Below, one piece after another: positions 53,142 to 64,000 of a stretch of DNA of 64,000 nucleotides. How positions within the stretch are numbered: position 1 is the first letter of the stretch; each line of letters opens with the position of its first letter. The notes under the pieces are model-generated. The model saw only the letters and a program-made list of their open reading frames with translations, did not search any database and was not told the origin of the DNA. Source of the stretch: Dicyema japonicum (taxonomy: Eukaryota > Animalia > Dicyemida); contig RDEW01000001.1 of assembly GCA_011109175.1 (NCBI GenBank), positions 2,235,485 through 2,299,484 of the forward strand, read 5' to 3'. The translations under genes and the position numbers were made by a program.

Positions 53142-54420
53142 CAGTAAACCACCATTAATCCGAAAACTTCAATAATCCGAATTTTTTGATGAGTCAGCAA
53201 AATTTACGAAGATTCCATACAAACAGGCTTTAATAATCCGAAACTTCATAATCCGCAATCCGAAAGACATTTATTAAAAATGAAATAAAAATGAAATTTT
53301 ATTTGGGACTTTCGACAGTTTTAGAAATTCTTAAAAATCATGAAAAATAGGAAAACTGTGAAACTATGATTAACAAGCTGAGGCAGTGGTAAACATCATC
53401 AACTTGATAATTCATTTGTTAAATAGATTTCGAGGATTGATGCAATCAATGGTTTCATTAATAATCATTACAAAAGCTTGGTATCAATGATCCTGAATTT
53501 AGTAAAGGCTACACAGATTTAAAGGAAAATTTAATTTTAAACTAAAACTACTTCATTGAGAAACCAACAGCTTAGCAAAAAATGAAATTAATTTGAATAG
53601 ACAAAATATGATTGATAAGTTTAAAAAATTGACCCTGACGTATTGCTAAACATAGATGAAACTGGACTTTTTTACAATCTTTCCCTGCAAGAACAATTTA
53701 ATCTAAAGATATAAAAGGCATAAAGCAATCAAAAGTGAGGATCATTCTCTGTGCTAATACAACTGGAAAAATAAAAATTAAACCTTTTGTTATTTGGGGT
53801 TAGTAAAAGTCTAAGATATTTAAACAATTTTGATTTTGAAAAAATATTGTACTATGTAAATAAAAGGGCTTGGATGACAACATAACTTTTTAATGTCTTT
53901 ATCAGTTATCTTAGTGATGATTAAATTTATTTTTTACTGATTGATGATACTCTAAGCCATGTTTTAACGAAATTTTCTGAAAACGTTGAAATTTTATTTT
54001 TTCAAAAAAAACCAATGGATGCGGGAATAATCAAAAACTTTAAGTATTATTATAGAAAAGGTTTATTTTGATTATATGCTCTTTATTTGGAAAAGAATTT
54101 TTGTTAATTTACGGAAGGCCATCATTATGGTATCTCATGCATGGAATAAAGTAAAAGAAGACAGGGACAATTAAATGTCTTTATTAATTTGTTAATGACG
54201 ATATCATGCAAGATCCTGTTTTGGATGTGTAACAAAAAGAACTGGATGAACTTGCTAATGAGGAAGAAATAATTCAAACAGAAAAGATTTACGAGAAAGA
54301 AATCGTCACCCTTTTTGTGAAGATTATAATATCGACGAGGAAATTATTTCTGAAAATGAAGAGAACAATGGAGAATTTTCGCCAATTGAATTATTAAATG
54401 CAATTAACATTCTGAATGGG
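53142..54420 (+). mobile_element. pogo/Tigger transposon remnant (left TIR + DDE_1 fragments)
   Basis: TA|CAGTAAACCACCATTAATCCG with repeated TAATCCG; IANIDETGLFY, LCANTTGKIKIKPFVI, RAWMT and PMDAGIIKNFK. Confidence 0.85.
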
Positions 54421-55750
54421 ATCTGATCCTTGGTATGTTCAGAGAGATCATTCCGAAAGCCACAGAAACCAAATCAGAAGAACTGGAAATACTTGGATGC
54501 CCTCTTACTGATGCTGGAATCAGTAACACTCTAAGAACAAAAGAACATCAACTAAAAACAACATTCAGACGCTGATATAATATGGAGTCATCGGTGGCTT
54601 ACGGCAATATGTCAGAAGTACAGAAAAACAATGTATATTCTGGGAGTCGACTTATCGAAAGCATTCGACTGTGTCTGCCGAAATAAATACTGCAAGTTCT
54701 CAAGACATAATTGATGAGGACAGTTTGAGGATTGTGCGTTTTTTGCTGGCTGACACGAGCCTCATAGTGAAAGTGGGGAAGGACTATTCGGAAAAATCAA
54801 GACCGGGATTAGTAATCCGAAGGGGATTCGCTTTCGCAGTTCTTTTGCAATCTATTTGGAAGCTGCGTTGAGGGACGTAAGAAAAGAATTGGGTCACTTA
54901 AATAATCATTTTGTGGAATTGATATATGCTGATGACATCGATTTTGTATCTGAGGATGTGGAGGTACTAAGAACTGCTGTAGATAAAGCCACAACGGTTC
55001 TGGAGATGTGGTCTTTGAAGATCAATTCATAAAAAACAGTTAACTTCGATTCAGCGGTTGCCGACACGGATTGATGAGAAATGGAGGTTTACTAAAAGGC
55101 TCGGCTCGTTTTGGGGAAATGCTGAGGAAATTGCTCGTAGAAAAATGTTGGCATCGTGTGCACTGAAAAAGATGTGGAGTATTTGGACTCGCAGAAGACT
55201 TATCTCCTTAAAGCTTTGGATGCGCTTATACAGCGCGGTCATACAACCAGTCCTATTATATAACTCTGGGAACATGAGGACCATCAAAAAAAACCTTGAC
55301 AGAATAGACACGTTTCATAGAAATCAAATGAGACAAATTGCGGGAATCAAATGGCCACAGATTATCAAAAGCGACACTCTCTAACAAATTATGTAAATGC
55401 AAACCGATAAGCAGAGAAGTAATTACCTCACGCTGGCGACTTTTCGGATATGTTCTGAGAATGGACGAAGTGATTCCTTGCAATCAAATCATGGAAGATT
55501 ACTAGTCAAATCACAGAATTGGATTCGAAGTCGGCCAAGATGTGCGCATCCCCTCTGCCTGAATAACGATACGCACGAATTGGCACTCAACTCAAAACTG
55601 GAGACGATCTTGAGGATATTCGTAAACACGCGAGGAACAGAGCTAGATGGAGAGGGCTGACTGGGAGGATAGTCGAGTGTACGGTACGAGCGAACCCCTA
55701 AGCATTTTACGTGCTTTATGGCAACGCGGAAGTGCTATTAACTAACTAAT
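54420..55750 (+). mobile_element. Degenerate RTE-like LINE 3' half
   Basis: LGVDLSKAFD, IYADDIDFV and PVLLYNSG; (TAAC)n-like tail at about 55738. Confidence 0.85.
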
Positions 55751-55754
55751 AAAA

Positions 55755-56358
55755 TGTGTACTCAGATAGAATTTTTCTGCAGACATAAAAAAAGACACTT
55801 CCAGAGTTCAGTTGGATCGCTGGTGGAGTATTTGAGGAGAATTTGAAAGATGTTGGAGGATGGGATCACTTAATTAGCAAGTTAATGCGTTCTTGGTGAT
55901 CTTGGGGTTTTAAAATAAAAAATTTCCATCGTGTCTCTTATTTCTCTCAAAATGTATAGGAATCTATTTAATTTTTACAAAAAACTGATTTTTTCCGACG
56001 TAGTGATCCTTAATGGATCAAGGTGGTGTTGTTGGAAGAGAACCGAATTAGGACACGTTCCGGTATTCTTCGTGATTGTATATTTTAGGTACATGGTTGA
56101 AAAACTCTAATGTGAATTTCGAAGATACTTATTTTTATGTGGAGTTCTAAAATTGCAACGCAGAAAATATTCAAAAACAATCTTGGCTGGGGTTCGACGA
56201 CAACTGTAGACTGGCAAATGTTTATCAGAGAGGTCTGTGCATTGATTACCTTTTTAAAATAAAAAATTGGTAATATCTGTTTAATTAACGATAGGTAGTG
56301 AAGGAATGATCGTAGAAATAGACGAAAGTATATTTTCTTCAGTATCGAAAGTATATAG
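55755..56358 (+). mobile_element. Merlin (IS1016/ISXO2-like) transposase fragment, truncated at the duplication breakpoint
   Basis: Spliced reading TRSG|TWL, TTVDWQMFIREVC and KIG|SEGMIVEIDESIF. Confidence 0.78.
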
Positions 56359-57115
56359 AATACAAAAAGAAGTTCTGAAAACTTATGGGAAGGACATGTG
56401 AAGACTTTGGTTATCAAAAACTCAGAGATAAGAACCTTTTGATTAGAAAATAAACAAACATGGGATTCAGGTGGTAGGTAATTAACGGAAACGCAGCAGA
56501 ATATGGAGGCGATATAAAAAACATAGTGATTGTAGTCGACACTGCAAATATGTTTCAAAATATGAAGACTGAGTATGTTTGGAGAATCCGACTTGTATTG
56601 AATAATAAATTTACAGATTCTAGCAGTTCCATCCAAAAATTAGACAAATCAACCCTAAATCTGACTTGATACTCCTGAGAGACCATACAATGGCCAACCA
56701 TTTTGGACAAAAGAGTAACCTAACGTGTTTGATAATGACTAACAATTTCTCGCCAATTCGCAGTTTCAGTCATCAGAATATATACACGTTCCTTCAAAGA
56801 AAATCCGATTACAGTCAGCATTCTGATGATCCAAATTGCATTTGTTTTGGAAGTCGTCTGTTGCCATAAGTCAAGACAGTCGAGATAAACTTGGATAATT
56901 TTAGCGAGGCCACACTCACTCTTTTGAAATAGGTAAAATAATAATAAATATTTCGTTTCATTCTTCTCTAAGTAAGAGGGTAAAGGAGATGAATAAATAA
57001 TCCAAAAGTATAGTTCTTCGTATGATAATTCTATATAATAAATTCAGTTGTTACTAGAAATATGTTCAGAAAAGCCCGCCAATGATAGACTGAAGAGGTT
57101 TGAGTTCTCCATCAT
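56359..57115 (-). pseudogene. GCN1: 5' fragment of GCN1 (duplicated, truncated)
   Basis: Nearly identical to 45596-46352; reads through into antisense Merlin sequence to a stop at 56085. Confidence 0.85.
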
Positions 57116-57193
57116 CAGAGACTGATAAAACAAGAATAAAAATTTAAATATTATTAAAGTTTTCATTAATAAATTAGTTAATAATTAAATAAA

Positions 57194-58287
57194 TTAGTAT
57201 GCATTAAATTCAGCCTTGAATTGCATTAGCATAGATTTAAGTGTGCTTTTTTGAGTTTCATTAAGGTCTTGCAGTGGAGTTCTGACCGGTCCTCCATATT
57301 GTCCTGCCACATCAAGTCCGTATTTGTAAGCAGACGAACATGATTTTTTAGCGATCTTGCTTATTTTAACAGCCAAACCATATCATTTAAAGGAATCAGT
57401 GCTCGTTGCAGCTTTAATGCTTCTTCAAAGTTAGACTCGTTCATAAGTTTGTACAACCTACATGTTGATACGGGGACAAGACCACTCAACGATGTTATGC
57501 AATCTCTCCCTCCTATCTTTACTACAACCAATTAACCCATAATATAGGATGAAAGCAACATTGAGGATGATCCCACAAAAACCCTAAAGTCTAGTTTTTG
57601 CGTTCTATCCAAAATAGTTGAGATTTTGACAATCTATGGTTAACACATAGAACTACATCTCCTCCACTTTCCTTTAAACCAATAATGTTCTGATGACTAG
57701 CCAAATCAGAGACCACGTCAACACACAAATCAACTCCAGTGTATGGGGGAATGTTATATAGCAATATAGGAAGAGGTGAGGCATCGGCCACCTACATTGA
57801 CCACTTAGTCTTACCTCAGTGTAAAATCTCTTAAAGGTGTCGTAATTCATCAAAGTCTTGTAATAATGGGGGGCCCTCAATAGTAAAGCATCTGCTCCTG
57901 CGTCTGCAAATTGTTTAGTCTGCTCAATTGTCATTTTTGATGCTATTTTTAGGCATTTACTAACTTTCACACCCTGCTCCAGATATTACAACTTTGTCAC
58001 TCTTCAGATACTTACGAGCACTGCGGACTACCTCAATTCTCTCAGATTGTTTCAGCAGAGCGTACTCTCCATTCGATCCAATCATCGTTACTCCTTTTAT
58101 TAAACCATTAATTAGTACCATTAATGCCAGTTGTGTTTAAATAAGCGATATTGTCAGCCAATTTGTCATACCAAATATCTCCATTACTATCAAATGGTGT
58201 TGTTATAGGGGGAATGATCCCTTTAATGCTGCTTAGGCATCTTATTTGAACACCAACTTTTTGGAATTTTCCAACTAATCCTGCCAT
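57194..58287 (-). CDS. HOGA1: HOGA1 copy 2
   Basis: No differences from copy 1 seen by eye in exons or introns; ORF-track translations are identical. Confidence 0.88.
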
Positions 58288-59536
58288 TAGTTAATTTATT
58301 CGTTATTTTTTTTGTAATAATTTTGATATAAGTTTTTTTAATAAAAAATAATATAAAAATAATATTGTTTTTTTACTAATTTCAAAATTAAAATTATGCT
58401 AAATTTTGTCACTAGTTATTTTATTGTGTGATCTTATATTTTAAATTATTCAAAGTATCTACTCTAAAACCACTACTTTAAATAAAATTTTTTTGAGTGA
58501 TTTCTTAGTTACGAATTTCGTGATATGGTCTGATATAACATTTTCACGCCCATTAATTGTTATTTTTATGTTTAAGGCTGATTTGCATAATTATTATACT
58601 AAATAACATAGACTATAATTTCGATTTATTAGTTTATTACTACAATGCTTGTACTTTTACTGCCATTACACCTCCCTCTTGTATTATCAAGAGGACATTG
58701 AGAGTTAATACAAATCCTCATTTTCACTTTAGATCATTTAATAATACTGCACTTTAGCACGATTAGCTATAGCTCCCCCAGACAAGACACACACTTTAGT
58801 AATGAACAGTTATAACTAATCGTAGAAAGAGAATCAATGAATGTTCTTTACTTTTTTTTCTTTTTGTTGGGTGCGAGTTTTTTTGGTAGACGAGTATAAA
58901 TCATATTTGTTCAAATATCCTCAGGTTTGTGTCGAATAAATCGACTGTGATCCTAATAAAGCAAACCCATGCAACTAAAAAAAGTCATACCCTCGTCGCT
59001 TCTGAAACAACAGAAAAATCTTTAATGTTATATTTCTCCGGCTATTTATCGCAGGACGTCTAGGTCGTCTGAATTTTCAAGTTTCTTTTGCAGTCTAAGA
59101 TCATCGTGAATTGCAATAGAGAGAACGACCGGGGTATCCATAACTGCTCTGAATTGAGATAAAGAATCTTCTGGAGTACCCCAACATGAGTATGAATTTT
59201 TCAGACCGTTCAGGGCCAACTTGGACTCTAATATCTTTGTCTAGTAACAGGAATCTTAGTAGAATGAATTTAAAATTGATAACTACTTTAATAAAGTGAA
59301 TGTTAAAATTTTATTTTTTTGACTGTTGCTAAAATATTTTACTATAAAATTAATATTTGTTCAATTCCCCTTTTTAAGGACAGTTTCTTTTCATTATAAT
59401 AATTGTTCTTAATAAAATAAAGGTTATTTCAAGTAATAAAAGTAGACCAACTCCCAAAATATAGAAGATTTGTTGATATCGATTTGTTAGAGTTGTCGCT
59501 CGCGTCGAATTTAGCTGTAGGTTCAATTCCCACTCT

Positions 59537-62500
59537 TATTTATTAACCCCGGGATCACCGAGAAAGAAAGACAAAAGAAACGTCAACTAGTTAGGTGATC
59601 TCAGTTCCCGCAACCGAACGTGCCTTCCAAAGTTTGTGCGTCTCCATTGTTCTCAATATCAAACGGAAATGCCTTCTTTGATCCTTGCAAAGGAAGTCGA
59701 TTGGGTACGAAAATTTCTTAGTCAACCGATTTTCTTTTGCGTGGAACAGTGAGAGGCTTAATGGGTGTCCATCTTCCTCGCAAATGCGAAGAAAACCGAA
59801 ACCACATCTACGAGTTGTAAATTCCGTTAGCAGGGGAGGTATTTTTGTTCCACATTGTATCCAGCATACGTATTGTTTTCTTTTGCAGTAAGTTAAGTTT
59901 TTGGATAGTAGCCTCTGATAACGCGAATCTATACGCAGCAGAGGCTTTTTCCACGGCCGCGCCATTGTCCGACGATATATAACTCCGATTGCTTCATTTA
60001 TATGCACTGGGGTCTTCTGGATAAGAGCCCGTGTGACAGCCATTTTCTGTAGTCCATTGATGAGAACTTGTTTGCGTAGGGCATTGTCGTAAGTCACTCC
60101 AGGATTGAGGGGTTTCTTGTGACAGGTATCCGAGTATGTCATGATGAAGATTTCTGGTCCTTCTTTGGACCGACGGTCGGAGGTGAATAGAGTGCATGTT
60201 GACTTTGGAGCCGATACCGATAGACGGTTAGCTATCAACCAATCGTGGATACAATCCACTTTCTTCTGTGCGAGTGAGACTGCTTCTGATGTCGAATTGC
60301 TTCTTGCTGCAATGATGATATCATCAGCATAAGAAAGCAGTAGGAAGTCAATGTCTGCTGGCAGGTCGTGAAGAAAAGGTTAAATAGAGTGGGGGACAAA
60401 AGCGAACCTCGGGCATTCCGTTTGGTAGTAAACGTAATCTGAGATGGCCACAGATGACCCTCCCACGTCTTCCAGATAAAAAATTGGCCAAACATACCTC
60501 AAGTTAGGGAGAATTTTTGAATCAAAGATTTTTCCAATTAAATTTTTCCTCGGTACCGAGTCAAACGCCTTGTTGATGTCAATCGAGACCATTATCGTCA
60601 GCATGTGTTTTGGGGGTAGTGTTGAGACCATACGCAATGAACTGTGAAAGCGTTGATAAGAAAGTCATGATTGATCTTTAGGAACGGAATCCGTGTTGAA
60701 ATCCGGTTGAGATATGGAAGGAGTAATTTCAAATAGGATCAACTTTTCCAACACTTTTGATATAGTAGAGGTCAATGAGATTGGTCTGTATGAACTGGGA
60801 TCTCCATTTTTATTATTTATTTATTAACCCGGATACACTGAGAAAAAAGTTAAAGTAAAGAAGTAAACCAATTAAGTTTATCCAGTTTCCACTTCTACAG
60901 AAACAGAGTCCATCCGGAATCAACATGAAGGGTAAAAGACGTCCATAATTGCAGTTGTGGAAACCTCTCTAGAGGAGTGGGAGAGAGCAAATGATCCTTT
61001 TTCGTGCCGGCCTGGCACTGTGCGCCACCTAGACAGGTGGATCACATGACGCCACTTTAATAGGAAGAGTGAGGTGGAACAGACGATCAAACAGAAACTT
61101 CAACCAATTAGCCACGAAGCACCATATGGCGCCACGTGGCTTAAAATTTTCCTTTTGGTTTTCCGGCCTTATGAATTGGAGTGATGAGCAAATTTTCATA
61201 TTTGGGGGATAATGTTCCAGTTAACGGACAGGTTAAAAATTTCCGTTAGGTAGTTAATTGCGTATTTGCTTAGGTGTTTCAAGTGAATTGAAGATACTTT
61301 GTCCTGGCCGCAGGCCCGTGAGTTCTTTAATCCGGCGATAACTTCTGAGATCTGCTTGTCTGAAAATAGTTTTTTGTAAGGTTCATTTTTTCGGTTTACG
61401 GGCGCGTACTTTGATATTCATTTGTTTATAGAATTTCTTGAAGTTGATCGCATCGTAATGTTTCATAAGGATTAGGGTGTATACGACAAATTTGTTCTGG
61501 AGAAGGGTTACAGGTTCCATTCGCATTTTCCAACTCTGATTTAATTTGTTTTAGTGTTTTCCAAAATTGATGACATAAACTTTTTTCCGTTAAGGCAATT
61601 GACCACGTGACGCCACTTCTGATCCTGATGGTCATTTATACTCTGGTTGATACTTTTATTTAGTTGTCTGATGGATTTCAACTTTGTCGGATGGCATCTT
61701 TTCATTCGGTTTCTTCGTTTTATGAGTGTAAGTGTCCGGGAATTGAAAGTATAAAATTCGTGCATGATGATAGAGGGATAAATATGTTTCAGCCTTTTGA
61801 ATTACCATACTGATGATTTTTGCAGCTTCATCTATCGAACGTATATGGGATGATAGTTTTTTGACCGATTCCAGGTCTACAAAGTCAGAGAAGCCAAACC
61901 AGTCAACCTTCTTATAATTCTTTAAACTTTTCACTTCGGTCAGCAATGTTCGGCGTCTCCGAAATCCTCTTAACGTAAGAAGGATGGGATTATGGTCGCT
62001 GGAAACCATAGTTCACACCCCATGTTGTGATTCCTCCTAAAGAAGGTGAAAATAAGGTTAAATCAGGAGAGGTGCAGCTAGCTATCAGTGCTCCTTAAAG
62101 GGGTTCTTGTGTGTAATTTAGGATCATTCAGGATAAACATGTCAATAAGACCGTTTTCGATGAACTCGCCTCGACTATCAGAGGACTGTGAAGCAAGCCA
62201 AACAGGGTGTCGGGCATTTAGGTTGCCGCATATTAGAGCGTTCTTTACTACTGGGATGTAGGATTTTGGGCAGGATCCTTGTGGTGTAGGTTAATCAAGT
62301 TGATCCAAAAAGATGGGTACAGCTCCATTTTGACGGTGATCTGCTCTATGGTATCGTTTGAGTCCAAAGTTCTGAGGTCCGTCGACTCGCGTCAATGAAA
62401 GGTGTACCGTTCTTTATAATTGTGAGTAGTCCTCCACCTGGTCTTCTCTGACGGTCCCTACGGATTACTGTGTATCCCGGAAAAGAGGGTGTTGGCGTGG

Positions 62501-62975
62501 AGATGAGAGCTTGGATTCCTGGATGAGAGCAAGGTCAGCTCGATTTGCAAAGAGGAGAGCTTGAAATTTCAGAATCTTCCTTTTAATTCCATTTGTATTT
62601 AGTTGTAGAATTATTAAGTCTCCGCGTGGACCAGAGTTTGTTTCAATGTCGCCATAAGGATCAATAGTCCAGAACAATGATGACACAAGACGGAGTCGGA
62701 GGCACATAAGTTACGGGAACCCCCAAGAGGTGGGGAGAAGTTAATGGCTCTTTTCGTTCCTTTGTGAGCCACAAGACACCACGGGTGAGAAATTTTCACC
62801 CTTATACCTACCTGATAGATGGATTCCCTTTCTGCTTTTTAAAAGGTGTCATCGCATCCACCTAACTCAGGAAAGGCCTAATGCCTGGCTGGCATCCAAA
62901 AGGGATCCTTCTCTCCTTTATTCCAGGGAGTGGATCTACTAATTCTGAAGCCATGTTGAAAAATTGTGCCTGTAG
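59537..62975 (-). mobile_element. APE-RT LINE with mutated 2A-like peptide, copy 2
   Basis: Colinear with 48770-52170, with many indels; motif reads GDIETNSGP. Confidence 0.9.
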
Positions 62976-64000
62976 GTCAGAATAATCATCATAAGAACTA
63001 ACTTCTATACTACCTTTGAGAGAGGAACATCAGTGAAATCGGATCATATGAGGATGGTCATTCTTGGATTTTCCATGTTTTAGAATAGAGGATAATGATT
63101 GAATTTTTCAGATTTTAATGAGGGTGTACGTATTCAAAGAGAAGTTGTACATGTCAGTCGATATCAATCTTGCCTGGTGCCCCAAATGCTTCAGGAGACA
63201 TGACGACACTCCATCAATGGTACATGAATTCCATGAGGAATAGATTGTCTTCCATGCTCGTTCGGGAGGGAAAAAAGTAGAATTAGGAATTGACATTGGT
63301 CTGTATGGGTGAGTATTGATTCTAAAAAACTTTTGGTTGTTTTTGTAACCTCAATAAATAGTAATTGATGTTAGCGAGTGTTAATATATCTTTATTGGTG
63401 GAGAAACTGCATCATCCTCATCTTCAGGCTGTGTTTGATCCGTTTCCGAATCTTCCAGGAGTTGCATGGTCGAGGCATCCAATTATACGGCTCTATTTTC
63501 GTCTAGATTGTAGTATTTGCAGTGAAATAGAGATTTCAAATTGTCTTGGTGTCAATAGTGCATACATCATGCGTTATTGACTGTTCGAGTATATCTTTCT
63601 TCTAATGAGAGTAAGCGTGTGCGAACATAGCTTGGGATTGAAGTCTTTATATAAGGACAGGAGAATGGATAATTTATCCGCTTTGAAAATTATAATCTTA
63701 AGCATATTTACTGCTTTATCAAAAGCGTCACACGCATTCCAGAAAGATGAGAGTCCAAATAATTAGTGAATCTCACTAGAAAGTAGTTAGCCTCTCCACT
63801 CCTCAACGGTTTCACCCATTCGATCTCAGCTCGTCCAGATCGTCTCCCGTGAGGGTATTAATAAATATTATTGTGCTTATTTTTAATTAAAGAAAAAAAT
63901 ATTAAGGAACTAATTTAAAAGCGTAGGACACCCATTTTTAGCCACTGCAAAAAATCAAATACAGTAAACCACCATTAATCCGAAAACTTCAATAATCCGA

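Larger units (their letters stand above)
45596..53200. repeat. Segmental duplication, copy 1 (right end beyond what can be compared in this window)
   Basis: Matches 56359-64000 with initial offset 10763. Confidence 0.97.
56359..64000. repeat. Segmental duplication, copy 2 (runs off the window)
   Basis: Colinear with 45596-53180. Confidence 0.97.

Overview
AT-rich eukaryotic, apparently metazoan, genomic DNA. Host genes are split by very short GT-AG introns (about 21-27 nt), so the ORF track is heavily fragmented. This intron size resembles what is known for dicyemids; the taxon is inferred, not proven. Host genes: a KDM6A/UTX-like TPR-JmjC-Zn-finger gene (5402-8791,+) that appears to lack all three Fe(II) ligands; a PPP1R3-like CBM21 gene (12675-13456,+, frameshifted); a four-C-type-lectin-domain type I membrane protein (34660-36939,-, frameshifted); GCN1 (37864-46352,-), whose conserved RWD/GCN2-binding Arg appears replaced by His; and HOGA1 (46431-47524,-), which ends only 78 bp before the GCN1 start. 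A block beginning at 45596 is repeated at offset 10763 (56359 to the window end), giving a second HOGA1 and a 5' GCN1 fragment. The rest is nested, decayed transposons: hAT, pogo, Ginger-like, Merlin, CRE-, RTE- and R4-like LINEs, a 2A-peptide APE LINE with a covarying 3' stem-loop, and a tRNA-derived SINE. Several transposases carry host-type tiny introns. Protein comparisons were made by eye from remembered family motifs and need confirmation by alignment. No prokaryotic system or CRISPR array is present.
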